Below are positions 37,194 to 46,386 of a stretch of DNA of 64,000 nt, piece after piece (position 1 is the stretch's first letter; each line of letters opens with the position of its first letter). The notes under the pieces are model-generated. The model was not told the DNA's origin. It worked only from the letters and a program-made list of their open reading frames with translations, and searched no databases. This DNA is from an uncultured Candidatus Saccharibacteria bacterium. Lineage in GTDB: Bacteria > Patescibacteriota > Minisyncoccia > Phycocordibacterales > Phycocordibacteraceae. The stretch spans positions 87,081 to 151,080 of the forward strand of contig CAZZAT010000001.1 of the NCBI GenBank assembly GCA_964652615.1. Direction: 5' to 3'. The position numbers were made by a program, and so were the translations under genes.

Positions 37194-38720
37194 ATGCAAC
37201 ATATCCTTTCTCAAATTCGCCGCTTTGCGGCGCGTGCATTGTCAGTCGCCGCATCTCTCTGGGAGCGCTTTCGCAAACTCCCGCGCTGGGGACAGGCGCT
37301 TGTCGTAGCGCTACTCATTATTGTGCTTTTTGGTATTTCTTCTCTGTTTAGCAGCGCACCACAGACTGCAGTAAACACTAAGCGCGCCGTGACACTCCGT
37401 TCTGTTGCTGAACTGTCAGGAAACGTGTCCGGTGCAAGCGTTGTTGGCGTTGTGCGCTCGCGCTCTGAAGCCGAACTCCGTGCAGAGGCATCCGGTATTG
37501 TGCGCCGCGTTGCAACAGCGCTTGGTGCGCAGGTGCCTGCAGGGTTTGTGCTTGCCGAGCTTGAGAATGATTCCGAGCGCGCGCAAGTAACACAAGCAGA
37601 AGGCGCGTATGACGCGGCGGTTGCGGCCCGTGCATCTGTATCTCCTATTGATGTTGAGACGGCTGCAGAGAACAGCTATCGCTCAGCCTTTACCGCGCTT
37701 GATACAGCACTTGAGACGCAGGTAGATACCCTTTTTGGTGGCATGACACCATATGGTCCAAGTCTTCTCATAGACTCGCTTGGAACAGATCCAACCGCAC
37801 TGTCTCGAGAGAGAAAGCGTATCGACGGCCTTATGGATACAGAACGCGCACGCCTTCTTGTTTCTGGAGATAGTGCTGCAGAGCGTCTCTCGCGTGTTGA
37901 AACACTTGCACTGCAGATAGCGGCACTCGTTGAAGACCTTTCGCAGGCGGCAAACGCAACGAACTCGCGAGCAACCGAAACACAGGTAGCGGCAATAACG
38001 AGTGCGCGTGCTTCAGTAAACGGCACGCTCTCTGCTATTACCGGCGCACAAGCAACGCTTCGCAGCGGCGCAACAGGCTCAACCGCATCTGTTGATGCGA
38101 GCGTAAAGGCTGCGCTTGGTACTCTTCGTGCTGCTGAAGCTTCACTTGAAAAGACGCGCATTAGAGCACCTATTGGCGGCACGGTGAACTACTTCCCTAT
38201 TCGGGTTGGCGACTATGTAGGTGCGCTTGATCACGTTGCGACTGTTGCGCAAAACGGTGCGCTTGAAGTCATTGTCTTTGCTTCTGAAGATGCGCTTGCG
38301 GGAGTGTCTACGGGCGAAGCGGTGATGCTAGAAGGTACGCACATAGGAACCATTACCTCAATTGCGCCAGCACTTGATCCAATAACCAAGCAGATAGAGG
38401 TGCGCGTTGCCGTTGGTATTGAAAGTGGCCTTGTGAACGGCCAGTCTGTGCGTCTCACGCTGCCTGGCATACAGGTTGCAGAAGAAACCACAGAAGCACC
38501 CTCTGTCGTACTTCTCCCGCTTGCCGCAGTGAAACTCTCTGCCGGTTCGCGCGTCGTCTTTACGCTTGGCGAAGACGGGAAGCTTGCTGCCATTGCGGTT
38601 GATATTGGTGAAGTGATTGGCGAGCGTATCGAAGTCGTCTCCCCTCTTCCTTCTGATCTTCGTATCGTTATAGACGCGCGCGGCCTCTCTGACGGCCAGC
38701 ACGTCACTCTTGCGCAATGA
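37194..38720 (+). CDS. Efflux membrane fusion protein (HlyD/RND adaptor family)
   Basis: N-terminal TM helix, a biotin-lipoyl-like hairpin (VVGVVRSRSEAELRAEASGIV...AELENDSERAQV), a long Ala/Thr-rich coiled coil and a C-terminal beta-barrel domain; immediately precedes the RND pump with a 4-nt overlap. Confidence 0.75.
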   Translation: MQHILSQIRRFAARALSVAASLWERFRKLPRWGQALVVALLIIVLFGISSLFSSAPQTAVNTKRAVTLRSVAELSGNVSGASVVGVVRSRSEAELRAEASGIVRRVATALGAQVPAGFVLAELENDSERAQVTQAEGAYDAAVAARASVSPIDVETAAENSYRSAFTALDTALETQVDTLFGGMTPYGPSLLIDSLGTDPTALSRERKRIDGLMDTERARLLVSGDSAAERLSRVETLALQIAALVEDLSQAANATNSRATETQVAAITSARASVNGTLSAITGAQATLRSGATGSTASVDASVKAALGTLRAAEASLEKTRIRAPIGGTVNYFPIRVGDYVGALDHVATVAQNGALEVIVFASEDALAGVSTGEAVMLEGTHIGTITSIAPALDPITKQIEVRVAVGIESGLVNGQSVRLTLPGIQVAEETTEAPSVVLLPLAAVKLSAGSRVVFTLGEDGKLAAIAVDIGEVIGERIEVVSPLPSDLRIVIDARGLSDGQHVTLAQ

Positions 38721-41700
38721 CGAAATTCTGGAGCTTCTTCGTCCATAGGCGTCAGTTCACCGTCTTTTTGATGCTCGTCCTTATCGCGACGGGCTTCTAT
38801 GCCGTATCGACGATACCAAAGGAGTCCACCCCGGATATCACCATTCCGCTTGGCATCGTTACCACAGTCCTTCCAGGAGCTTCTGCAACCGATGTTGAGG
38901 AGTTGGTGACGAATAAGATTGAAGATGCGGTGCTTTCGGTTGAAGGGGTTTCAAAAGTAACTTCAAGTTCTGGAGCAGGCGTCTCATCAGTGTCTGTTGA
39001 GTTCATCGCTTCGGCAGATATTGAAAAGTCGATACAGCTCTTAAAGGATGCGGTGGATACGGCAAAGCCCGAGCTTCCTGACGAAGCAACTGATCCGTTT
39101 GTGTCGGATGTGAATTTTGCAGATCAGCCTGTCCTTATCGTCGCAGTGTCGGGAAATCTCGCTCCTGCAGAACTGACGGCGCTTGGCGAAGCAGCTAAGG
39201 ATGAGGTTGAGCGCGTGCCAGGCGTTGCCTCTGTTGCTCTTTCTGGAGTGCGTGCACGCGAAGTACAGGTCATCCTTTCTGAAGCAAAGCTGCAGCAATA
39301 CGGACTCTCGGTTTCTGATGTGACGGGCGCTATTGCTGGCGCTGGCTTTGGTGCTCCTGCAGGCTCTATTACCGTGGACGGCGTTGAGTACGGCGTTCGC
39401 TTTGATGCGGGGCTTCAAGATACGAGCTCTGTTGCTGAAGTTTCAATACCAACCCTTGGCGGACGCTCGGTGCGTGTTGGAGATGTGGCACGCGTTGTTG
39501 ATGGTCTTCAAGATCCCTCAAGCTATTCTCGCGTATCGGTTGAAGGGGCTCCTGCAAATCCCTCGCTTACGCTTTCTGTCTCAAAGAGTCGTGGCGGCAA
39601 CATCGTTCAAATCGCTGAGGCAGTGAAAGACAAGCTCGAAGAATTGCAGGGCGGACTTCTCTCGGGAACCGATATTGTTGTTTCCTACGACGGCGCAGAC
39701 GAGGTGGGCAAGTCTCTCGCCGAGCTTTCCCGCGTAGGTCTTGAGACCATCCTTCTCATTTCGCTCGTACTCTTTGCAACGCTCGGTTGGCGCGAAGCAT
39801 TCGTTGCCGCGGCTTCCATTCCGCTTTCCTTCCTCATTGCTTTCATTTTGATGCTTGCAACGGGCAATACGCTTAATAACGTATCGTTGTTCGCGCTTAT
39901 TCTTGCGATAGGTATTTTGGTTGACTCGGGCATTGTTATCGTCGAGGCGTACCACACGAAGCTCAAGAAGCTTGGTACAGACGGTGCAGCTATCGCTTCA
40001 GTGCGCGAATACGCATGGCCCCTTATCGCCGGCACCTTCACGACTATCGCCGTCTTCGTACCTCTGTTCTTCCTTTCCGGTATCGTCGGCAAGTTCCTTG
40101 CCTCCATCCCCTATACCGTCATCTTCGTCCTTCTTGCTTCTATTTTCGTTGCGCTCGGTTTCGTACCCCTTCTCTCTATCTTCTTCGTCAAAGATGACAC
40201 CGCAGCTGAAGAGCGCCGGCAAGAGCGGTATAACCAGATTGCGCAGGAATGGTACCGGAAATTCCTCCATAAGCTCCTGCACGACAAGAAGCGCCAGAAC
40301 CGCTTCCTCACCCTCATGCTTGCGCTCTTTTTTGTTGCGCTTGCGCTCCCCGCTACAGGCCTTCTAAAATCCATTTTCTTCCCGTCAGACGAATACGACT
40401 TCGCCTATATCAATATTGAAAAGCCGCAGGGCACCGCCCTCTCCTCAACAGACTTGTCGGTGCGTGAAGTCGAAGAACTTCTGTATGACGAGCCGGTTGT
40501 TGAATCTTTTGTAACGGTGGTTGGTTCTGGCAGCTTGTTTACCGGAGGCTTTGAAGGCGTAGGATCTGGAAATCAGATAGCGAATATCACCGTGAACCTG
40601 CACGAAAAGCGTGATGAGACGGGGGCGGAGTTCGTTTCAAGGATGCGCGAGAAATTCTCGTCGGTAACATCAGCGCTCGTTACTGTTGGAGAGCCTGCCG
40701 GCGGCCCTCCTGCCGCAGCCCCTATTACCCTCACCTTCTCGGGAGATGATATGGGCGCTTTGACCGAAGCTGCAGAAAAAGCGGCGAATACGTTGTCCGG
40801 CATTCCAGACGTAGTGAATGTTTCCGCGTCCACCAAAGATGCGAACGCGGAATTCATCGTACGGCTCGATGGAGCAAAGGCAGCAGAACAGGGAGTGAGC
40901 CCTGCTGCCGTTGCTGCAACACTGCGCACTGCCCTCTTTAGCACTGAAGCAGCCTCCATTCGAAGCGGCGGTACGGACATTGATGTACGGGTAAAGCTTG
41001 GGTTGAATCCAGTATCGGACGCACCTGAAGATACGCGCCTTGTTTCCATTGATGCGGTACGCTCGCTCGTTATCGAAGGAAGAAACGGTCCTGTCGCACT
41101 CTCTTCTATTGCAGATATTGCGTATGAGCCTGCCGTGCATACCATTCGCCATGAAGCAGGAACACGCATCATGTCCGTTACCGCAGAAGTAACGCCGCAA
41201 GGAAATGCACTTACCGCAACCGCACTCTTCCTTGAGGCGTTTGACACGGAGAGCCTCCCTGAAGGCATTACCCTGAAGCAAGGTGGAGAGAGTGAGGATA
41301 TTACAAAATCTTTCATCGAACTGATGCTTGCACTTGTAGCAGGCGCTGCACTCATGCTCGCCATTCTCATTCTTGAATTCAACTCCTTCCGCCACTCCTT
41401 CTACCTCCTCCTTATCATTCCTCTCTCCCTTATCGGAGTACATGCAGGCCTCTTCCTGATGGGCCAGCCGCTCTCGATGACCTCAATGCTCGGCGTCATC
41501 GCGCTTGCAGGCGTCATTATTAACCACGCCATAATTCTTATGGACTCAATTGCGCGTATACATAAGGAGCAGGAGCATCTCTCGCTTGAAGAAGTGGTTA
41601 TTGAATCTGCCGCCTCGAGACTTCGCCCCATCGTCCTTACGACCGTCACAACGGTTGTTGGTATGATTCCGCTTGCCGCTGCTTCCCCATTCTGGGCGCC

Positions 41701-41821
41701 GCTTGCTATTGCGATTATGTTCGGCCTCGCCTTCTCGCTCCTCCTTACGCTCGTCCTCATTCCTATCCTCTACTACCGCTGGCCAGGTAGCGCGGTGCGC
41801 AAGAAATACGCAAGTCTTTAG
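38717..41821 (+). CDS. RND efflux transporter permease (AcrB/HAE1-like)
   Basis: 1034 aa, 12 TM helices with two large periplasmic loops, and conserved RND segments. Confidence 0.9.
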   Translation: MTKFWSFFVHRRQFTVFLMLVLIATGFYAVSTIPKESTPDITIPLGIVTTVLPGASATDVEELVTNKIEDAVLSVEGVSKVTSSSGAGVSSVSVEFIASADIEKSIQLLKDAVDTAKPELPDEATDPFVSDVNFADQPVLIVAVSGNLAPAELTALGEAAKDEVERVPGVASVALSGVRAREVQVILSEAKLQQYGLSVSDVTGAIAGAGFGAPAGSITVDGVEYGVRFDAGLQDTSSVAEVSIPTLGGRSVRVGDVARVVDGLQDPSSYSRVSVEGAPANPSLTLSVSKSRGGNIVQIAEAVKDKLEELQGGLLSGTDIVVSYDGADEVGKSLAELSRVGLETILLISLVLFATLGWREAFVAAASIPLSFLIAFILMLATGNTLNNVSLFALILAIGILVDSGIVIVEAYHTKLKKLGTDGAAIASVREYAWPLIAGTFTTIAVFVPLFFLSGIVGKFLASIPYTVIFVLLASIFVALGFVPLLSIFFVKDDTAAEERRQERYNQIAQEWYRKFLHKLLHDKKRQNRFLTLMLALFFVALALPATGLLKSIFFPSDEYDFAYINIEKPQGTALSSTDLSVREVEELLYDEPVVESFVTVVGSGSLFTGGFEGVGSGNQIANITVNLHEKRDETGAEFVSRMREKFSSVTSALVTVGEPAGGPPAAAPITLTFSGDDMGALTEAAEKAANTLSGIPDVVNVSASTKDANAEFIVRLDGAKAAEQGVSPAAVAATLRTALFSTEAASIRSGGTDIDVRVKLGLNPVSDAPEDTRLVSIDAVRSLVIEGRNGPVALSSIADIAYEPAVHTIRHEAGTRIMSVTAEVTPQGNALTATALFLEAFDTESLPEGITLKQGGESEDITKSFIELMLALVAGAALMLAILILEFNSFRHSFYLLLIIPLSLIGVHAGLFLMGQPLSMTSMLGVIALAGVIINHAIILMDSIARIHKEQEHLSLEEVVIESAASRLRPIVLTTVTTVVGMIPLAAASPFWAPLAIAIMFGLAFSLLLTLVLIPILYYRWPGSAVRKKYASL

Positions 41822-41986
41822 ACGCTCGCTAGTGTTGAGCCGAGCTCGTGGGGCGATGTATGGAACGACGGCGCATGGCGCATCTCTCCCCAGCAAGACA
41901 GACAAAAGCATAGATCGCTTGGCAGGTGTGCGTGGTGTACGTTCATACAGCCACTTTTGCAAAACACTACTGAAGAATGTGTGAAG

Positions 41987-43105
41987 CTAGCGGGAGCGCT
42001 CTCGAATGAGGAAGCGTAGCGTAGGGCCATCGTGCGCCATTTCGCTTTCTGTGTCGTCTGCTTCAAGTGCAGCTTCGGTAGAGAGCATCATCATTGCGGT
42101 TTCGGGAGCTGCCTGCTTTGCTGCCGGAGGACGGTTAAAGCCTACGACAACCTCCTTTTCTGTTTCGTTTGCAATGCGTTTTGCAGACGAGAGCAGCGCG
42201 CTTGCGCGGTATGCACGTTTTGCAAGCGTTTCGTATGCTTCAGAAGCCTCCTTAAAGTCGCCCTGTGCTTCCTGTTCTGCTGCAGAGGCAAACGAAGCCT
42301 CAATGTCTGCGTGCTCGGCTGCAAGCTCCGCAATGCTCTCTTTAGAAATGCCGTTTCCTGAAAGAGCCTTTTCAAGGGAAGCAAGGCTGCGCGCCGCTTC
42401 TTCTGCGCGAGCTTTTGCAATACGCTCATAGTATTCGGTAGTGCGCGCTTCGGTATAGTCGCGCTTTGGCGTATACGCTTCGTTTGAAACAGAGAGTGCA
42501 ACCGAAAGAGCACGGAGCTTTCTGCGACTCTCACTCGTCTCGTTTTCTGCCTGTGCTTCAAGTATTTCAGCGTGCGCAGAGAGCGCTGCATTCATACGGC
42601 CCACCACCTGTACTGCGCCGCCCACATCCCCTTCTTCGGTAAGTGTCTTGGCACTTTCGTTTGCTCGTTCAAGATACACCGCAACTGACTGCGTAATGCT
42701 GTCTACGGGACGCAAATCGCGCGTGCCTTTTGCAGCTAAAAGCTCTACCTCCTGAATGCGCTCTTCCGCATGGCGAATATCTACCTCTGCTTTTGCAACG
42801 GTACCAATAGCTGCAATGCGTTCAAAGCGTTCGTTTACGCCGAGCTTTACGCCATAGAGGACATCTCCAGGAAGAGCGCCTCCTGCAGTAGCGGTTGCGC
42901 CTCCTGCGACAATGGCAAGAAACAGCGTGAAAGCGAACAAGCTTCTCTGCCAAGGAAATGCGTGCATGTAGGGAGAAGCGTGGCGTACAGGAGGAGCAGG
43001 TTCAAAAGAAGGCGCCATGAACGCTTCGCGCATGCGCGAACGCTCCTCATCAGAAAGGACGAGGTCGTGGCGGAGCACTTTGAAGCTGTCTTTGAAATCA
43101 GTCAT
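41987..43105 (-). CDS. Putative membrane-anchored anti-sigma factor (DUF5667-like coiled-coil protein)
   Basis: Immediately downstream of and overlapping the ECF sigma gene by 8 nt; a cytoplasmic N-terminal segment, one TM helix and a long helical extracytoplasmic region. Confidence 0.5.
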   Translation of the reverse strand: MTDFKDSFKVLRHDLVLSDEERSRMREAFMAPSFEPAPPVRHASPYMHAFPWQRSLFAFTLFLAIVAGGATATAGGALPGDVLYGVKLGVNERFERIAAIGTVAKAEVDIRHAEERIQEVELLAAKGTRDLRPVDSITQSVAVYLERANESAKTLTEEGDVGGAVQVVGRMNAALSAHAEILEAQAENETSESRRKLRALSVALSVSNEAYTPKRDYTEARTTEYYERIAKARAEEAARSLASLEKALSGNGISKESIAELAAEHADIEASFASAAEQEAQGDFKEASEAYETLAKRAYRASALLSSAKRIANETEKEVVVGFNRPPAAKQAAPETAMMMLSTEAALEADDTESEMAHDGPTLRFLIRERSR

Positions 43106-43610
43106 GGTTTTCTATGTTGAGCGCAATGCGTGCCTTCTCAAGGCCGCGCTTCACGCGTACGGAAATGGTGTTGGGACGCTCGCCCAGAAGCCCTGCAATC
43201 TCCCCTATCGAAATACCTTCCACAAGATGGAGCATGAGCGCTTCGCGATACGGATCCGAGAGGCCTTGCACAGCATTTAGGAGAATTCTTCCTTCAGCGG
43301 AGAGCGTCTCATCAGAAGTGCCTGGAATATTCTCCATCACGCCTTCGGGAAGATCGCGCGCAAGGACTGGTTTCTTCTTTTTGTAATAGTCCTTGATCAA
43401 GTTGCGTGCAACGGTAAAGAGAAAGGCGCGCAGGTTTTCTATTTCTGCCTGCTCCTTTCCAAGACGTTCCCAGACGCGCGCAAACGCTTCTTGGGTTAGG
43501 TCTTTCGCTTCATCGCGAGAGCCGGTCTTTGCGTAGCATAGGCGGAAGACCGAATCGGCGTGCGAGTCGTAGACTTCGAGGAACTCGTGCTGTGAAGTGG
43601 CACTCTGCAT
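43098..43610 (-). CDS. ECF-type RNA polymerase sigma factor (sigma-70 regions 2 and 4)
   Basis: Region 2 FLEVYDSHADSVFRLCYAKTGSRDEAKDLTQEAFARVWE and region 4 HTH (EGISIGEIAGLLGERPNTISVRVKRGLEKAR). Confidence 0.85.
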   Translation of the reverse strand: MQSATSQHEFLEVYDSHADSVFRLCYAKTGSRDEAKDLTQEAFARVWERLGKEQAEIENLRAFLFTVARNLIKDYYKKKKPVLARDLPEGVMENIPGTSDETLSAEGRILLNAVQGLSDPYREALMLHLVEGISIGEIAGLLGERPNTISVRVKRGLEKARIALNIENHD

Positions 43611-43741
43611 ATGCTAACGATTCAGTATGCCGTATATGACTAGAGGTGGTAAAGGGTGGACGACGGGCACGGGGTGTAGACGAGTGAAGTATGTAGGCAT
43701 GACAGTATCATCTCCTGTCCTAGATGAAGCGGTAATGAAGG

Positions 43742-44242
43742 TCACGCGGCGAGATAGTGCCCTGCAAGCACCCCTACCGCTATCGCAACTCCGCCCACAA
43801 GCGCCATACGAAGAGCGCTTTTGATGTAGCCCGTGCGCGAGAAGCGTGCGCTGATAAGTCCGAGCACCCCGAGCGCCACAAGAGATGCGGCAATAGATGC
43901 TGGAAACGCAACTGAAACAGGAAGAAGAAGGTACGGAAGGAGTGGAATGAAGCCTGAGAGTGCATAGGAGACGAGCATAATGAACGCTGCGCGGACCGTT
44001 CGGTCCGATCCTCCATTGGTGTGCGTCTCGTACTCTTCGGCAGACGACTCCGAAAGAAAACTGCCTGCCGCCATAGAGACCGCTTCGACAAGAATGAGTA
44101 TCAAGCCTGCGGTAAATATTTCTTCGCGCCCAAGGCCCGCAATAGCAACGCCTGATACGAGACCAACCGTTGAAACAAGACTGTCTTCAACGCCAAAGAT
44201 GAAATTTCTGAAGTATGCGACCTTCGCTTTCTCGAGCGCCAT
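43742..44242 (-). CDS. VIT1/CCC1 family iron/manganese transporter
   Basis: VIT signature FGVEDSLVSTVGLVSGVAIAG... with 4-5 TM helices. Confidence 0.72.
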   Translation of the reverse strand: MALEKAKVAYFRNFIFGVEDSLVSTVGLVSGVAIAGLGREEIFTAGLILILVEAVSMAAGSFLSESSAEEYETHTNGGSDRTVRAAFIMLVSYALSGFIPLLPYLLLPVSVAFPASIAASLVALGVLGLISARFSRTGYIKSALRMALVGGVAIAVGVLAGHYLAA

Positions 44243-44275
44243 GTGCGTACTAGTATACCGCGAGAAAGGATGTCT

Positions 44276-44307
44276 TCTTGGTTGTCTGGGACGTAGTTGG
44301 AACCTTT
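44276..44307 (+). repeat. Island motif copy 1 (degenerate)
   Basis: CTTGGTTGTCTGGGACGTAGTTGGAACCTTTC versus consensus GCTGGCTGTCTGGGACGCTGTTGGAACCTTTC. Confidence 0.8.
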
Positions 44308-44336
44308 CATAAGAGCTTTCCTCACCTCAGAAGACC

Positions 44337-44365
44337 TTGACAGGAGTATGCGAGTGTGATAGTAT
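44337..44365 (+). promoter_or_regulatory. Sigma-70 promoter (TTGACA-N17-TAGTAT), 29 nt downstream of motif copy 1
   Basis: Consensus -35 at 44337-44342 and TAGTAT at 44360-44365. Confidence 0.6.
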
Positions 44366-44371
44366 GCTCGA

Positions 44372-44625
44372 GCCCTAGCGATGTCGGCACTCGGGTTGAA
44401 ATAAGTGCTGACTCTGCGGGAGTGCGTTTCGCTGCACCCCGTGGATTCGAAAGCGATGCATCTGTCCGGACGCGAGCACGAGCGTAACCGGCAGAGAAGA
44501 GCTCTTTAACCCCGGGAGCATTGCGTCTCCCTCAGACAGAATATTCAACCGTGCGGTTTGTTTTGAGCTGTAAACCGGCCTTAGGGCCAGAGCCCCGGAT
44601 CTCTCAGGAGACTCCGGGGCTCAAA
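44372..44625 (+). ncRNA. Candidate ~250-nt non-coding transcript (promoter to hairpin, no ORF)
   Basis: Lies between the promoter above and the 10-bp hairpin GAGCCCCGGA-N13-TCCGGGGCTC (44590-44622); GC-rich with multiple internal helices; the only ORF is a 62-aa read-through artefact. Confidence 0.4.
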
Positions 44626-44660
44626 CTTTACATCTTCGATAACGCCTCTTTTTCAGAAAT

Positions 44661-44692
44661 GCTGGCTGTCTGGGACGCTGTTGGAACCTTTC
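44661..44692 (+). repeat. Island motif copy 2 (consensus)
   Basis: GCTGGCTGTCTGGGACGCTGTTGGAACCTTTC. Confidence 0.85.
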
Positions 44693-44697
44693 TGAAT

Positions 44698-44725
44698 TTG
44701 ACAAAATAGTATTTATATGTAATAT
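44698..44725 (+). promoter_or_regulatory. Sigma-70 promoter (TTGACA-N16-TAATAT), 5 nt downstream of motif copy 2
   Basis: The -10 context ATTTATATGTAATAT nearly duplicates the copy-4 promoter. Confidence 0.6.
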
Positions 44726-44799
44726 GGGTACGGGTACCGAAACCATCCGAGCGATCACAGTCTTTGGTGCCCCTGTGTACGTTCGGTTTGGAGAGTGAA

Positions 44800-45219
44800 A
44801 TGACTATTGAAAATACGGTTGTTGAGACTGACCTCAATACGCTGTTTAGCGAACTCGCGCTGAATCCGAAAGAGTGGATTTTTCCTTTCGAAAAAGCCTT
44901 TGCGGGCGAATCGGAAGAGAGAATGGGAGGGAGACACCACGTCTCCGGTTTCGGGTTCATCACGGCAGATGGACATCATATTGGCCTCGGCGACGTAACA
45001 GTCGTCAATACAGCCCTGCTCGTCCGTCTCACCGGACTTCGTCATCAGCGCCAGCATCGCTTCATTGCGCTAGCCTGCAAGGCTATGCACACAGCGAAAG
45101 CGCGAGTGCTTGAGGTGAAGGTACGTTGGGGTACAGAAACAGTTCGCCGCATTCGCTTTGAACTTGGTGAAGAAGGCGGCGGGTACTGGCTCGACAACCT
45201 GACGATTTCACTCGTCTAG
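44800..45219 (+). CDS. Island orphan protein P1 (139 aa)
   Basis: Shine-Dalgarno GGAGAG before ATG at 44800; no recognisable domain; terminator hairpin GGGCGTGGC-TGTAAT-GGCCACGCCC with U-tract follows at 45228-45270. Confidence 0.55.
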   Translation: MTIENTVVETDLNTLFSELALNPKEWIFPFEKAFAGESEERMGGRHHVSGFGFITADGHHIGLGDVTVVNTALLVRLTGLRHQRQHRFIALACKAMHTAKARVLEVKVRWGTETVRRIRFELGEEGGGYWLDNLTISLV

Positions 45220-45284
45220 TTTGTGTGGGGCGTGGCTGTAATGGCCACGCCCTATTCATTTTTCATGAATACTATAGTTAGCGT

Positions 45285-45312
45285 GCTGACTGTCTGGGAC
45301 GCTGTTGGAACC
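45285..45312 (+). repeat. Island motif copy 3
   Basis: GCTGACTGTCTGGGACGCTGTTGGAACC, sandwiched between two terminator hairpins (45228-45270 and 45318-45345). Confidence 0.8.
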
Positions 45313-45317
45313 GAAAC

Positions 45318-45345
45318 GAGACACGCCACCCTAGCGGGTGGCGTG
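45318..45345. terminator. Bidirectional intrinsic terminator
   Basis: ACACGCCACCC-TAGC-GGGTGGCGTGT followed by AAATCAAGTTTTTATTTT on the plus strand. Confidence 0.6.
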
Positions 45346-45349
45346 TAAA

Positions 45350-45586
45350 TCAAGTTTTTATTTTCCTCACAGAAGCGTCTTGTGCAATCTTATGAGGCTC
45401 CATATAAGGAGTATTCCAGCGTAGCGGGCAGAGTCCGTAGTCTTCCACCTCCTCTGGCTCGGCACCGGTGAAGCGGTCAAAGCAGAAGGCGGCTGTTTCA
45501 GAGCATTTCTGATACAAGACGCCTTCTTCTGCATCGTCCGAAAGCATGAACACGTCGTTCTTCCGCAGCTGTTTGAATGTCAGCAT
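45350..45586 (-). CDS. Island orphan protein P2 (78 aa, acidic, four Cys)
   Basis: Shine-Dalgarno GGAG 9 nt upstream; no recognisable domain. Confidence 0.5.
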   Translation of the reverse strand: MLTFKQLRKNDVFMLSDDAEEGVLYQKCSETAAFCFDRFTGAEPEEVEDYGLCPLRWNTPYMEPHKIAQDASVRKIKT

Positions 45587-45630
45587 GGCGTTTACTCCGT
45601 TTCTCTAGGAGCAAGATATCATGAATTGTC

Positions 45631-45660
45631 GCTGGCCGTCTGGGACGCTATTGGAACTTT
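45631..45660 (+). repeat. Island motif copy 4
   Basis: GCTGGCCGTCTGGGACGCTATTGGAACTTT. Confidence 0.8.
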
Positions 45661-45687
45661 TTGTAGGAATCTTATATTTACTGGATA

Positions 45688-45715
45688 TTGACAATATATA
45701 ATATTTATGTAATAT
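45688..45715 (+). promoter_or_regulatory. Sigma-70 promoter (TTGACA-N16-TAATAT), 27 nt downstream of motif copy 4
   Basis: Consensus -35; the -10 context ATTTATGTAATAT nearly duplicates the copy-2 promoter. Confidence 0.6.
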
Positions 45716-45762
45716 AGTAGTGGGTTACTTTGCACCCATCAGTCAACCAGGGAGAAATCACC

Positions 45763-46332
45763 ATGACTGACGGCATCAAAGCGCACGTCAAAATCGAACA
45801 GCATCCCAACCCGAAAATCCGCGACTTTCACGTAACGTGCGAAGTCTCGGCAATTCGTGGCATCTATGGGTTCGGCGAAAATGAAATGATGAACTTCGGG
45901 GAAAAGAGCCCCGGCGACCTCGCCGAGACGCTTGCGAAGAAGCTCATGACCATCCCCGGCGTTACCGGAGGCAACTTCAAACGCTACGAGGTCCGTGTCG
46001 ACATTAGCGACGCGTTCAGCTGGCAAGACGTTGGGCCGTTGGTGCTCGGGGAGATTGTGAAAAATCTCTTTCCGGAAACCAACGGCGCCACGATTGACAT
46101 CAGCACTCGTATCGGATGGAGCTACTTCGTCCGACCCAGTCCTGCCTACGATTTCATGGGCGAGGACGACGACGGCCACCGGACACGCTACGTGGACATG
46201 GTGAATCGTCAGGCGGTTGAGGTGAAGTTCGGCTCCGGCCGACCCATCCTCGACGTCGAACATCTGTTCGGTTCTGAAGCCCTGACCCAAGCCAAAGCGA
46301 AAGCTGCGGCCGAGGTTGTGATCGAAGACTGA
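45763..46332 (+). CDS. Island orphan protein P3 (190 aa)
   Basis: Shine-Dalgarno GGGAGA before ATG at 45763; no recognisable domain; terminator AAGCCCCGTAG-GAAAC-CTACGGGGCTT with U-tract follows at 46351-46385. Confidence 0.55.
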   Translation: MTDGIKAHVKIEQHPNPKIRDFHVTCEVSAIRGIYGFGENEMMNFGEKSPGDLAETLAKKLMTIPGVTGGNFKRYEVRVDISDAFSWQDVGPLVLGEIVKNLFPETNGATIDISTRIGWSYFVRPSPAYDFMGEDDDGHRTRYVDMVNRQAVEVKFGSGRPILDVEHLFGSEALTQAKAKAAAEVVIED

Positions 46333-46386
46333 CGTGCGTATATGCACCTTAAGCCCCGTAGGAAACTACGGGGCTTTTGTATTTAT

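Noticed and set aside
44366-44625. tmRNA (ssrA)
   Set aside because: It has a GGATTCGA-like stretch but no tRNA-like acceptor/T-arm 3' end (GGTTCGANTCC...CCA) and no tag ORF ending in a hydrophobic ...AA stop.
44661-44692. Sigma-54 (-24/-12) promoter inside the motif (TGGGACG...TTGG)
   Set aside because: GG-to-GC spacing is 11 not 12, the -12 element is TTGG rather than TTGC, and there is no enhancer-binding protein nearby.
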